Source of the DNA: Hemiscyllium ocellatum
Lineage: Eukaryota
NCBI RefSeq assembly: GCF_020745735.1
Contig: NW_026867509.1
Span: 2,270,537 to 2,334,536, forward strand
DNA length: 64,000 nt
Direction: 5' to 3'
Shown here: positions 37,330 through 51,600 of the stretch, piece by piece
How positions within the stretch are numbered: the first letter of the stretch is position 1
Layout of the letters: each line of letters starts with the position of its first letter
Position numbers and translations under genes: made by a program
Notes under the pieces: model-generated
Seen by the model: the letters and a program-made list of their open reading frames with translations, nothing else
The model's database searches: none
What the model was told of the DNA's origin: nothing

Positions 37330-37585
37330 TGTGCTCGAATTCTCAGAAGACCCACTGCCCACTCTCTGTAATCCCACAATAATCACAATTAACCCAAATC
37401 TTCCTTAGCACTATGTGATAATCCAGCGTAGCCAATAAAACTAGCCTGCACAACTTGGAACTTCGGGAGGAAAAGGGAGCACTTGGAGGAAACACACACA
37501 ATCTCACTAAGCAATCAACCGAGGCTGGAAACAAACGTGGGTCCCTGGTGCTGTGAAACATCAGGGGTCGCCATTGTGCCATGGG
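37330..37585 (-). mobile_element. Eroded HE1-type SINE in the GPCR intron
   Basis: Similar to the body and head of the 11872-12204 copy. Confidence 0.7.
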
Positions 37586-37776
37586 GACACTCTAAGCCGA
37601 ACGCTTTGCAAGTCGAACTAACTGTCAGGATGTTAATTTGTAATTTTTGATTCAAGTTCATGTCTAAAAAATACCAATTGCATTCAGAATCTCATAGATT
37701 ACTTCTCGTTATTCGTTGTTCTCAGATTCTATTTCTCCTCTACTTCTACATTCATGTATATATGTTTCTATGACAG

Positions 37777-38687
37777 CTAACCTGACAGTGATTGTGATCC
37801 TTTCTCAAAGAAAATGTGGCCTTTCTAGTTGCATCATTTATTACCTGGTATCCATGGCAGGGGCAGATCTCTTGGTCGTGGTAACTGCTGTAATATTAAA
37901 CCGTGTTGCTGGAATTTACTTCCCATCAAGCTTCTTGTTCATCACTCCAGTGTGCAGTCTACGTGATGCCATCATATACACAGCAATTGATTGCTCAGCA
38001 TGGTTGACGGTTGCTTTTACCTTTGATCGATTTGTGGCCATTTCTTGTCAGAAACTGAAAATGAAGTACTGCACGGAAAAGACAGCTGCACTGGTTATTG
38101 GAATAGTGACTGCACTCAGTTGCATAAAAAGTGCCTTTATGTTTTTTATTAATGAACCTATCTACATTATTAATAATGTGCCCTGGTTCTGCAACATAAA
38201 ATTAATATTTTATACGTCCCCTGCGTGGGCAGCTTATGATTGGATTCGTACCATTTTAACCCCTTGTCTTCCATTCATTCTGATTTTACTTCTGAACGCT
38301 CTAACTGTGAGACATATTATTGCGGCCAATAGATCCCGCAGGAGACTCCGAAATCAGAGTAGTGGAGAACATCAGAGGGATCCAGAGATGGAAAAACGCA
38401 AAAAGTCCATGGTTTTACTCTTCGCCATCTCGGGCAGCTTCATCCTGTTATATTCTTTATTTTTTATAACTACCATCTATGTCCGAATTGCGAATGTACC
38501 TTATTTCTCAGGTTTCAATTTAAGTCAGTCGGCATTCATTCAACAGGAAACTGGGTACCTGCTTCAGTTTTTGAGTTCCTGTATCAACCCATTTATTTAT
38601 ACAGGGACACAGAGTAAATTCAGAGCTGAGTTAAAGAATGGATTGAAATATCCACTGAGTCTCCTTATGAAGTTTTGTAAGGTTTGA
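37777..38687 (+). CDS. GPR139/GPR142-like class A GPCR, exon 2 (spliced product ~326 aa)
   Basis: Acceptor GACAG|CT. ANLTVIVILSQRKCGL..YLVSMAGADLL, TFDRFVAI, TPCLPF..LLNALTVRHI, CINPFIY; open to TGA with hydrophobic TM segments. Confidence 0.9.
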
Positions 38688-41600
38688 AAATAATAAAACC
38701 TAACAAAAATACAATGTTAGTTTGCAACTATCGTCTTATTAATCATAATGCACTGATATTCCTTTCAAAGTCGTAAGCACTGTCAGATGTTAACCCAAAA
38801 GGTGAATTTGGGAATGCCAAAGACATTTTTAATTCTGTTGATCCAAAGCTCATTTTTGCACTTTGATTCACCTCGCAAAACTGATTGGAAAGTGTCCTGA
38901 CTTCGATTGTCGTTTCCTTGCTCGTATAGAAAGGATCCATGCATTTCACACAGCTTTGTGAATACAAAGCTGATTTGCAGAAATTAGAGATGATTCTTGA
39001 AGACACAAATACTTTTAAAAATTATGTTATTTTTGGCCCATTGCAGAGGGCAGTTCAAAGACAGCTACGTTGTTGTGGGTCTGCACGAACATATGCTCTG
39101 GCCAGGGTAAGAATAGAAGCTCGTGAAACAGATTTTCTTTTTCTGAACAATTAATTCATAGTCTTTAATAGGCCCCTTAAATCCAGATTTCTTTTGACTG
39201 AACTACAACTTGACAAACCGCCATGGTGGGATTTGAACCAGGATCCCAATATAGTTTCTGAGGATCGGAATTAACAGTTTAGTAGTAATAATTCTGGGAA
39301 ATCTCCTCCGGCATTGTTCATGTGATGCATGTTTGTATATCCTGCATTTTTTGCCCAACTCCATTTTGGAGTTCTCTCTGCATTCATTGAATTGGCTCCT
39401 CTACCTTCCATGGTTGGATGTCCGGTGTCTCTTGAAGATGTGGCAGAAGTGTCCACAGCCCCCACGACGTATCCATTTCCTAGCTCTTTGCTACTGCACA
39501 TGGACCATATCAGCCTGTGGGTTAACAATTTTGTGCTTGACCAAATTACTCTCTGCTGGAGGAGAGACATCACTGCACAAACCGAGAATAAATATCATTC
39601 AGGAATCAGTCAGAAGGAGGGCTGAAGCACACAGGGGAGGTAACGGCGGAGTGGCATTAATACTGATTCCACTGGAATAATTCATGTAACACTTGGCTGA
39701 GCGGTCTTCAAATTCAGCCATGGCAGATGGTGGAAATTTAATGAAATAAATGTCTTCAATTCAGAGTCTAATGATGACTGTTAATCCATTTACAGGAACA
39801 TATTTTTCTTTAAAGCATTCCGTTCACTTACGTCCTGTAGCGGGATAACTGCCATCCTTACCTAGTCTGGCCTATTGATTAATCTACCAGTACGCAAAAA
39901 GGTTCGAGCTGCTGATCTTCAAGTTGCAGATCTTGTGACATTCTTTCCTCTTCAAGACTTCATTCCAGGAAACAGCTGTCACACTGTACCCTGTTGGTTC
40001 CATTCGAAAATATGAAATAGTAAAACACGACAATGAGCATTAGCCATATGTTGATCAACATAACGGTCACTAGTACATTGACCAACAAAAACATTTGAAT
40101 TGCAGCAATAATTTATTTTCTGTGAAAGAGATACTTACTGAGAGAGGATCAATAATGAGGAACTGTATGAGACATTTTTCCATGTTGCTTTCTGACTGCA
40201 CTTCTGCAACGCAGAAAATTCTATCATTGCTTGTCCAACCAAGAACAAGACTGGTCGATTGTCAGCATTCAATCCAAGAACACAATTGATTCAGAGAGAA
40301 GTAGGGGAAAAGAGATTGGATTGATTGGAGGTCACCAGACCGCAAACGAAATTCTTTTCCTGCGTTGCTGTTTCCGGTCCATCAGTAAATCCTCTATTTA
40401 CGCTAATGCACTACATTCAATGACGCAGGTGTTCTAACCTTATGACTAAATCTTTTGTGAGGTTACCTTCTTGAACATAGTTTGGACATCCAAGATGACA
40501 CATCTGCTGTTTCCCCTCTGTCCATTCTGGTTGAGACATCCTCAAAAATCTCTTACAAATTAGTCAGTTATGATTTCCCTTTCATGAAATCAAGTGAATC
40601 TGATCGATTAAAAAATAAAATTCCATGCTTCTTGCTTTACTTCCTAAGAATTAAATGTAACACCTTTTGAACAATAGCTGTCAGCATAATTCTCCTGTAC
40701 TAACCTATTTTTGCCTCCCTGTCTTTTTGAGTAGGCGTATCCCGTTGGCCATTATGCAATTTGCATTTACTTTTCCAAACTTCAATGATTTTTGGAAAAT
40801 AATTACAACCAATGCTTCTGTAACATTTGACAGATTCTGCCTCGTGTGACATCATCAGACCCTTGGTTGGATCAAAAACATTGTATTAGAACGAAGTTTG
40901 AAGTATGATTTTTTTTTAACTCAGTGACAGGTACGGCTGGGATCTGAATCCAGGGTTTCTTACTTAATAGTCAGGCGCAAACTGAGCCATGGCGCCAACG
41001 GGTGGGGTTTTTCTACCCCTCGACAGACCCATTACCTAAGCCATGGCCGCATCGGAGATTGATTTTTTTTTCCCTGTGTTAATGTTGTTGACTGGGAATT
41101 TCAATTGTCTTCGCCTTTTGAAAATAAAATAGGCAGTTCACAATTAAACAGTCTCCAGATACAATCCCCATTTACATTAGTTTAAAAGTGATGTTTTAAT
41201 CTGCTAAACTAACAAGATGAAATGGTTGTCTTCACCCTCTCGGGGCCCATTCACCGTGTTGATACACCAAGAGTGAAAATCGAAAACAGAAGAGGGCCAT
41301 TGTGGTTATTTGATCAGGAGTGATTTCTCAGCAAGTGTAAACAATGGGAAGTAAACTCCGATCCATTGTCACCAACACTGAGGCTATCAACACCAGATTT
41401 GAGCTCACATCCGGCCACACGCCACTCAGTTATCATTGCCTTTCATTGTGTTTCACTTCCTTGCTCTGCCTCTGGACTTCCTCCCGGCTGATTGCAGATC
41501 TCTCATTTGGAACTGTAAATTTAAAAACCTGAATTCTTGAATTCACAGCGATTGAATGAATTGTCTCTTTGTAATTGCTCCTTGTGTCGAGACGACGATC

Positions 41601-43114
41601 CACTTTTCGACTCTTGAACTCCCTGGCAACAGCTACAATTGTGGTGTCAATGTGTTCAGAACTTAGATCAAACGACGCTGAAAGAACGGCGATGTATTAC
41701 CGAGTCCAAATGGTGCATGACTTGTAGCTGCCTTCTGCTTACAGTTTTCCCATATACGTGCTACCAATTCTTTTCTTGATAGAAGCAAATTGTTATTGGA
41801 CTGAAACTGTCCGATTTAGGTCATATATTCGATTTGTAAACAGGAAGTCTTTTGCGTTTGGAAAATTCACACAAGAAGAAAAGGTGTCAGATTTAAAATA
41901 AAAACCCAGAAACTAATCTATGAAGAAACAGCAACGTGAATGAAGTTTAGTTCTGGTTTCCTTCAGCCTAATTCATTGCATCCTAATATTTCCTTTAAAC
42001 CTTGCTTATATTTAAGTCAACGTTTCTCTCTCTTTTCCTGTTGTGACATTTTCTGCCTCTCCCACGGATTCACCCACGGCCTGTTGAGTTTCCTCTTTTT
42101 CGTTCTCAATCTCCATTGTTCCCTTTTGCTGCATCTGTTTCTCTTACTATGTGGTTATCTCAATCTCTCCATGTCATTGTAGTTAATCTTTCTGTCCTTT
42201 CCCGAATCTTGACCGACGTAATTTCTACTGTTCATTTCCCTGTACCTCCATTATCTTTATACCTGCTGACCCATTCTCCATCTTCCTGCCTGACTCTCAA
42301 TCGATTTCTCTTCTGGATCTCCTCACAGACGTAAATGAGCATTAAAATTTCCTGCTGAAAGTCTTGACTGAAATGAAGATTTCTTCTCTTTTGTAGTGAC
42401 AGTTAATCGGGTCTGCACTCTCTCAACCCCAGCAGATGTTTCCGTTGGACATAACGTCAATTGAAATCCAGTGAACTATCTTTTGTGAAAACCAGAAGAT
42501 CTGTGGGTGCTGGAAACCAAAAATAATAACAACAATTGTTTTTAAAGCTCAGCAGATCTGACAGCATTTGAGTAGAGAAAAAAAAGTTATCTCCTACAAT
42601 CGAGCTATCCTTCCTCAAAAATGCCTGTTGTGTTCTATAATGAAAACGGTTGAGGAGCGTTTAAGTTTTTCTATGTATGAACATGTGATTTTGTTTTAAC
42701 AGAACAGCTCCCATAGTTTATCACTTTACGTCTACAATTCATTCCTTTCTGATGTATCACTCAGTCCCAATTTCATTCATATTAAACGAGGAACTCAACG
42801 TATTGACCATATCAATGACTGCAAGCCAGTATAATTGCACTGGCCTTCGACAGGCCGCTCTATTTTAGCTGACGGGAGGTCAAATGTTTGTGCTCAAGTA
42901 TTAGGATAGGAAACTTCAGCACTGATGCCTGCACAGTATGAGCAATTCTCCTTGACTTGGTCCAGCTCTGAGACTAAAGTTATTGAAAGGACAAAATTGG
43001 TTTATTTTATGTCCTGGCTCTTGTTCCAGTCACTGCTTCCCCAGAGATGTCATAAATTGGTGAATAAAGGCGTACTGAGTTGTTAGATGACAGCTGCTGA
43101 CTATGTCAAGAATG

Positions 43115-43765
43115 ATTCACGTGTGTGATGCTGGAAAAGCTCAGAAGGTCAGGCAACAGACAAGGAGCAGGAGAATCGACGTTTAGGGCAAAAACCTTTC
43201 ATCAGGAATGAGGCTGTTAGCAGGGAGTTTTATAAGATAAATGGGAGGGGCGTGTGGTCAGGGGGAAGGTAGCTGAGAGTGTGATAATGCGGTAGCAGTA
43301 GGGTTAATGGTGATAGGTCAGCAAGGAGAGTGGAGTGGATAGATGGGAAGGAAGATGGACATTTTGGAAAGGTCATTAGTGGGGTGCTGAGTTGAAATTT
43401 TGAAACTGAGATAAGGTGGGGAGAGGTAAATGGGGAAACTGGTGAAATCCACATTGATGCTGTAGAGTTAGATCGTCCAGAGGTGGAAGATGAGGCGTTT
43501 TTCCTCCAGGCGTCGGGTGGTCACATGGTGGCTCTGGAGGAGGCCCCCCACCTTATGTCCTTGGCCGAGATTTAGGAGGAGTTGAAGTGTTCAACTACTA
43601 CGCAGTGGGGTTGGTAGATGCGGGAGTCCTGGAGATGTTCTCTGAAGCACTCTGCAAGTATGCGTCCGGCCTCCCCAATGTAGAGGAGACCGCATAGGGA
43701 GCAACGATTGCAGTCAATGACATGTGTGGAGATGCTGGTAATTCTCGGATGTGCAAGTTGCTTTA
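43115..43765 (-). mobile_element. Penelope-like element fragment (GIY-YIG C-terminus + pLTR)
   Basis: CSLCGLLYIGEAGRILAECFREHL...VVEHFNS is a GIY-YIG motif; CT-rich tail; degenerate hammerhead-like core at ~43175-43205. Confidence 0.85.
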
Positions 43766-43769
43766 TATT

Positions 43770-43799
43770 CATTCTTCACAATAGCACCTGTTGTAACAG
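43770..43799 (+). pseudogene. Leader-exon remnant of the 44 kb Vdelta-like gene
   Basis: FFTIAPVVT + G|GTAACT; the 5' part abuts the Penelope insertion. Confidence 0.5.
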
Positions 43800-43946
43800 G
43801 TAACTCATTTCAAAACATATCCACTCTTCCACATTCAAGAATAACTCACGTTATTTTCTCTATTGAGAAAATTTTCAGTCAAGTGACGGTGGGTAATATA
43901 GTGTAATAATAAGATGTCGAATTTCTGTATTACTAAATGCATGCAG

Positions 43947-44265
43947 GTGTTGCTGGTGCAGACTTGGTCTTCCAAGAGTCGGTTTCAGCGATGAAATTTG
44001 TACAAGTTACAGTAGCCATTAGTTACAATTAATTGAACACTTCTGAACATTCTTTGCAAAGGTATTGCCAGGATTGGTATAAAGCATCGACATTCGTGAT
44101 CTACATCACAAACCATGGAGCTGTTTTCAGATCTGAGGGTCCTCATTTCTCTGCTGACATCGACCGTGTGAACAGTGAGGGGAATTTCAGTATCGGTGAG
44201 GTTCACTACTGGTTCACTAATGTCGTTTATGAAAGGAAACTGTCCTCCTTACGTCTGTCTGAAAA
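43947..44265 (+). pseudogene. TCR Vdelta-like pseudogene
   Basis: GVAGADLVFQESVSAMKF..ISYN*LNTSEHSLQRYCQ..FVIYITNHGAVFRSEGPHFSADIDRVNSEGNFSIGEV. Cys and Trp lost, RSS degenerate; clear paralog of the 57 kb V. Confidence 0.75.
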
Positions 44266-45689
44266 GTGACTCCAGAACCGAAACAATGCAGTTGACATAT
44301 AACTGCCCTTCTGGCAACAGGGGAAACGCAATAAATGCTGCCTCACTAGTGACGCCCTCATCCTGTGAATGTATAATAAAACAAAGGTGTGTGTGTCTGT
44401 CTGATTGCGTTGTGTATTAGTGCAGGCCAAAATACACAGTGACACGTACCAGAGGGGATTTGGCACAAAGGACACTGCCACGTTCGCACAAAGTAAGGAG
44501 CTGAAGGCTTGTGGGGGAATATGCATTGATTGCAAGAATTAATGAACAAATTCTAAACAAAAGTATTTGTATATGATGCTCCCAGCAGCTCTGAGCACCG
44601 ACATTTGAAAGATAAGTCAGCTCTGCAGTGAGGAAATGGCAGTTGAAACATAATGCAATGACTTAGCCTCCCTTCTCATGCATGCATGCTGATTTTTCCT
44701 TGTCAGTGAAAACTCTTTCCTATCTCCATTTAAATGGTGCTAGCATACGGTGACAAGAGAAAGTCATTCCCTCGGGTGTCCTACCTGGATTTTTATCGCC
44801 ACTCCGCACTGAGACTGACTAGACAGAGTGAATGAATAAGAACGAATATCTGAAAGTAAATTCATAAACATATTTCTCTCACTGAACTTTTTTTGTTTCT
44901 GGCCATTAACTACCAAGCTATATCTCGGCGGAGTTAGCGGTCAAGCTCTGTCAGGTCAATTGGAGAGACTATCTCTCTGGTTAGGTAGTGACCTATCATG
45001 TCCCAGTTTTCTTAACTTCTATAGACCAACAGAGCACAGCATTGATATCTTGCTTTGACAGCAATATTGCCTTGTCGTTATCGAAGTAATTATATCAGTA
45101 GATCCCATTTGTCACATCGCATGAGCTGAATGATGTGACAGCAAATTTAATGGATCCAATGCAGTCAGCTTTCTCTTGCTCGATGATCTGCAGGGTTCTG
45201 AGGCACAGAAAGATCTCTGGCAACTCGGATCAACAGTAATGTTGATATCCTTTCTCTTTCTGTTTTGGATTACTTCAATGTTGAAACAAAAATGACCTTA
45301 AAGTGAGCTTAATCTTTGGCTTCTCTTACATAAAGAATGAAGGACACAAATTACAACGGATAAACGATTTATGGACATGATGCGAGAAAAGAAAGATTTC
45401 AAATGTCAGAATTTAATAAGTCAGCGTGGATTCGTTTATCTGTGAGCGAGAAGATTATTGGTAAAAAGACTGATGGTTAAAAGAAAGTTATGAGGGTCCA
45501 GACGTGGAGAGGAATACTCAACTTGAGAAGGATTCCAGTTCTACACTTTTAAATAGACATGTTTACTTGACACAACGTGCTACGATGATGACTTGAAGAG
45601 GAATTTGTTCAGTAAGTGATGCAATGGTCAGTGGATTTCCTGATATTAAGCCAAACACCCATAAACGACTATCTGGCCTCGTAATGTAC

Positions 45690-48600
45690 TGTAACATGAG
45701 TAACAGAGAACACCAAACTTCCACTGCTTGAAGAAAAAATATCACATTATTCTTGAATTCTAACCAGGAACATTGAACAACAACAATTTTCAAGTCTGAG
45801 CCATTGTTCTCTGAAAAGTTTATTCTCCACCTCCCACTCAATAACAATGTTGTTCCAAAAAGCCCCTATTAAAATTACATCAACTGTATTTTCAAAACTA
45901 GAAGGCGGTGGTCGTCTCTAGTGTCCTCCTCCCTCTTGGAATAGATATCTCTGGGTCATCTTCGGTATTTTGCGAAAGATATATCATATGGAAATGTTAC
46001 TTTCAATACAGAGTTTTGAACGGCAGTCTCTCCGTAGATGGTGGTTTACTCTTTGTCTGGCTAGCTCACAAACTTTCCGCTGCTTCATACCCCAAACATC
46101 AGACTGGCTCATTGGTTCGACGTTAACAAAAGCAATGAACTCACATTTGATTGCACATTAGTGTCTTGGGGGACACTTTAACTGATTGGTTAAATTAGAT
46201 ATGTTCTGAACACAGCCAAATATGATATGTTTTCAATGTTCCAGTGCACTCTGAGACTACTAGTCAGTCATATGACAAGTGCTTTCAAACTCTCAGTGCA
46301 AAACAGCTTTCACTTCGTTTAAAGGTACAGTACACGCTTTGAAATTCTTAGAACCTCCCTCTTCGAGAAAACAGGTGAACTCTCATTATGAAAAGATGGC
46401 TTTTTTCTAATTCTTAACCCCATTACCATGAAATACATCGCAAATTAATCGAATTCCATATTAATTCGCATATAAAGGTATCTGTTCACTTATATCCACA
46501 TCTTTCTATTAAGTCCGCAATAATGCATTTGCCATGAAATTATGTAGTGCAACATGTACGATTTGTAAATTGAAAGTTTGTAAGGAAATTGTCTTACATT
46601 ATTGCCTTTACACCTTCCAAGTATCCAAGAGGGTTGTGATCCATTCACACAACCATCTCTGAAGCATTGTTCGTCACATAAACGTTAAAATGTTGTAAGG
46701 CCAGTATGAAAATCAATAGGTCCTTCGCAATTGTAGACTATTTTCTTTGTGGATGTTGAGTTTATTTGAAAAATAAACACCCGGTCGTTCAATTCCATCA
46801 TCATCTTCCTGTAGCAGTACAGCCCGACTACATCACTCGCATGGGTTGCAACTTAACAGAGTTTCAAAGTATTTAGTGTAGTTTAAACAAGTGCCGTGTG
46901 TAATACTGCATTTACTTTGTTAAATGCCTCCTGGTATTACTCTGTGCACTGAAATTTTGTGTTCTACTTCAGGAAATCTGTTAGCAGTGCCACAATGCTG
47001 CGACGTTTGGAACAAACTTTGGTGGAATCCGCTTTGTTCCAAAAAATGAAAAAGGTTTTTTTTGTGGTTGGTTGTAAAATTCCTCGATAGCTGTCGTCTT
47101 TGTGTTCCTTCGGGTCAGCCTTCTATGACCAATGTTATGTTCCAAGAAAGTCACCTCTGCTTTCACGAATTCTGTTTTCTTGAAATTGTTTTTAGTGAGT
47201 TTTGCTCCTTTTAATCCTTCAAAACGCTCTGCCAAATGTACCATGTGATCTTTCCATGACTCACTAAAAGTCGCCAGATCATCCAGATGGATTGCACTAT
47301 TTTCTAATCCAGCCATAGCTCTGTTTATGAGAGTTTGGAATGTGGCCGTTGCATTCTTCAGTCCTAAGTACATCACTTAAAAATTATACAGCACATTTTC
47401 AATTACAAAATCAGACATTCCTTATACTTTCTCCGATAATGGACCTTGCCTCCAACCACTCAATAAATCAAATTTTCCAATGTAACTGGCTTGTCCAACT
47501 GTCTCTATATAGTCCTCCAATCTTGGTCGTGGTTATGAGCCCAATTTTATTTTGGCATTGATCTTTCGAGAGTCCACACGAGATCATTGAGTAACTTTAG
47601 TTTGGGAACGAAGACAATCAGCGAACTCCACTTTTTCTGAGTTGTTCCTGTATCTTCGTTGAGCATCACATCTGCATGTTTCTCGACATGTCGGCTTTGA
47701 AAAGACTAAGCTTTGTTGGGTGTGTTGTTTTGTTGGGAAAAAAAACATTACCTACTACTACTTTATGCGCAGTAGCACAATGTTCCCCATCTTTATCCTA
47801 CATGTGCCCAACAAGCCTTTCAACTACATTCTTTGCTCCTGAAGCAAGTAGTTTACTAACGTATCCCACTCCCCAAGGCCTTTCTCATTACGCAACGTAT
47901 TTTGAGGCACATCAAATAACAAAAGATCTGTATTATGTTTGCTCACTCTGTGGGGCACTAACTAACACCTATTTCCCGTGTTCCTTCTCTCCACCATAAT
48001 AATATTTAAAAATATTCACATGACGTACAGGATGCAATTCTTTTCTATCCGGCATCTTTACCAGGAATTTTATCTGACTCAACTTTTTCTCAGTTTGATA
48101 GAGTTCTTTAAACCTGGCTTTGACGAAATTTCATTCCACCCGTAACAATACTAATATGTCTTCCCCAAGAGAAAACGCCCAAATTTCAGAAGTTCTATCT
48201 GTCTTCTGTTCCAATCTATATGGTGCCCTATTCAGGTGCTGTTGCACTAACTCACCTCATCGATTCAATCCATCCCTCACATCCGAGACAATCCAGGTGA
48301 GAGATCGCCGACTTCAGTCTTGTCAATTCTCATTCATAAATTTCAAAGTCCATCTCACATCATGTCCGAATATAAACTCAAAAATCCTGACAGTGCGCTC
48401 TTAACATGGTCTGCAGCATCTGATGCCACGTTTCCAAAGCTCCCTGGGATTCAGGCTGTTTCGCACTTTATTTAAAGTGCTGTATGCATAAGCTATCCAT
48501 CACCTCCTTAAAAAGCACAGTAGTAATGTTAGACCGTTGTTCAGACTGAATCATTCTGGGTAACCCATACCACTTGAAGAAATCTACTAACTCCACGATC

Positions 48601-51600
48601 ACACCTTTTTCCTTGATACTCCATAATGGAAGTGATTGCACAAAACTCAGAGACACATTCATTACGGTCAACAATTATTAGCTCCCACTTCTAGTTCTTG
48701 AGAGCCGACCTGTACAATCAATCATAACCCGCGTGAAATATTCTTCGAATCAGTAGCAAAGGTACGGGTTTTATTATTGCCTGCGGCTAACTTACCATTC
48801 ATCATGTATGACATGTATGCCACTTGTTAAGAACATTCCTGTGCATTCCACGCCAATAAACATGATTTTATACCTGCACCTGAGTCTTCCGTACATCTTG
48901 GTGAATTCCTACTGGTAGTTCATGTGCTCCTCGTAACACTTCCTTTTTGTACGCCACCAAAAACACAACTTGGTGCACTTTGGCCCATTTCAACTCTGCA
49001 CTAACATGCTGTGGTCTTCATTTCCGTCAGATAATAACTCTTCGGAATATTCTCTGCCTCCTTTTCAGATTACATACCCACATATACATCTTTTGTCGTC
49101 TTGCTTTGCTGTTATAAGTATCTTAGCCTTTCAGGACGAAAGACTTCTGGCGGACGCTCTGCCTGTTCAAGTTTTTCCTTCATAATTCCATCAAACATGG
49201 TATCGGCTAAGTGAATGTCAAATTCTGCATCTTTCTCTTTCATTTCTGCTTCGCGCTGTGTATTATGATAGTGGGATATGGTTATCACATAGTCTTGGCA
49301 AATACCAAGGTATTTTTGTTTTGACTCCACAGTTTCTTGATCTTCTTTGAGCTTCTTCGCAGGAAGGGGTGCCGGTCCCACCTTGGATCCTTCAAAATCA
49401 TTCCCAAGAACAAACTGAATTCCTGAACTGGCACTCTGTCAATCACTCCCATTGTAACATTCCCTGACTTAAGTTGGGCCTCCAATCTGATCTTACATAA
49501 GGGAACGCTAAATTTCTGTCCATCTATCCAAAACTTTACCACACGCTCTGGTAATAGATCAGAAAGGATGCTTATTCCCTCACTGCTTATTACCAATGGC
49601 TGCTTAGATATTGTATCTCTCAAAACCATAACTTAATGTGATCAACCCTTGTTCTTTCTGATTAAATTTTGTGCACAGAGGTACCAATTTTGCAGAGATC
49701 CTGTACGAACACCATATCCAGCCTCAGCCTAGGCTGTGCGCCTACCTGCAGATCGTCGGCTCTTCTCGGGGTCTCTTTTACTACATTCACGCATGCCACT
49801 GGCTTCTTTTGCTACATCTTTTCTCAAAGCGCCTTTCTTTATCGAGCAACACTTGTCCCACTTTAAGACAGTGCAAACACCTGAGTCCTTCCACTTCCTT
49901 TCCACTCTCTTGGGCATCTTTATTTAAGCTTTAGTAAATATTACCAGAGTCTGTACTCTTAGTTTTAACGTATAGGATCTCCTCTTGTCCCACCTTCTCT
50001 CTGTCACAGAATGAAACTCTGGCCGGACGTTTATCTTATACATCAACATGTATTCATCTACTCTTTCTACTGCCCTTCTCATTTCCTGACTATTCTGTTC
50101 CACCACATGAGTTTGTACCATCTCGGGAAGTGAGTTTTTGAACTCCTCCATCCGAATAGCCTCTCGGAGATCCTCAAAGGTCCTATCTATTTTCAAAGCA
50201 CGCATCCTTCTATCAAAATGACTGTGCTAATTCTTTCGAACTTAGCATTAAACTGACATGGTTCCCTTTTTGTTTTAGATCTGCTATTTAAACATTTCTT
50301 GTACCGATTCTTAACACTGAAAACAGTAAAAGATGCCACAATGCATGGGAATAAAACCCAGGTCTCCCGCTTTGCAGGCGAGAATTCTACCAATGAACCA
50401 CCAATGCAACTCTGGGAGGCACGGTGGCTCAGTGTTTACTACTGCAGCCTCACACCACCAGGGTTCCAGTTTCGTTGCCAGCCTCGGGTGACTGTTTGTG
50501 TGAAGTTCTCACGTTCTCCCTGTGTCTGCGTGAGTTTCTTCCGGTTTCCTCCCACTGTCCAAAGATGTGCAGGTCAGGTGAATTGGCCATGTTAAATTGC
50601 CCCATAGTGTTAGGTGCATTGGTCAGAGGGAAATAGGTCTGGGTGCGTTACTCTTCGGATAGTCAGTGTGGACTGCGTGGGCTAAAGGGTCTGTTTCCAC
50701 ACTGTAGGGAATCTAATCTAATCTCAAAAAGCCTATTTACCTTCTTAATAATCTCTGGACCCCTCATCTGACAACGCGGTGGATACCTCACTTTATGTGC
50801 CTAATGGTTTAGTCTGAACCACCATTACCCATAAATCCTCGGATCAGTCCATCTGCCGCGTCAATTTTTCAAATGAAATAGGGAAGGATTCAAAACCGTT
50901 TTCATCAACACTTGGCCGAGTTTGAATATATTTGTATATATCACTACCATCTCTTTTAATCTCCACCTTGTTACCTTACCTTGACTGACGAAGTTGCAAT
51001 TTCTCAAGTTCAATTCTCTCTAGTTTTACTCAGCTAAGAACCTTCTGACTCTTTATGTTCCCTTTGCTTCTTTCCCTCTGTGCTCAGCCACGAAGCTTCT
51101 CACTCTTTCTGTCTTTTTGCTCTTTCTTTCTTCTCTCTTCTCTCTCATTCTCTTTCGCTCTCACTTTCTCTTTCCTCTATCTTACTCCTTTTTTCTTTCC
51201 TCTACCTCTCTTTGTTTATTCTCTAACTCCATTTTCCTCAATAGTAATTTAAGTTTTTCTACCTCTAATTCTCTTGTATGTTTCGCCGACTCACCTACAT
51301 AATTGAGTAATTCCCTTCCAATGTCAGGTTTGGTTTGCTCCCTGTTTACACCCCAATCTAATTGTATGTCTTTCTTTCCTTCAAAACTTAGTTGGCAAAT
51401 TTGAGAAACATTTTCAAATCGCACAACTACTTTCGCAATTTAAGAGAAATTTCTCTTACTTTTAATTTAATCACCAAGTTACCGAATTTAAACAAATTAT
51501 CTCACCTATGTTTTATTTTGAAGATCTAGAATCCTAGCCTGCAAGCTTTTAAATCTGGTGGCATGTTTTGGAACCCCAAATCTATTCAATTATCTCTCAT

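Noticed and set aside
41230-41420. Minus 'GDNGSEFTS' integrase-like motif
   Set aside because: Possibly an ancient LTR-element relic, but too eroded to delimit as a feature.
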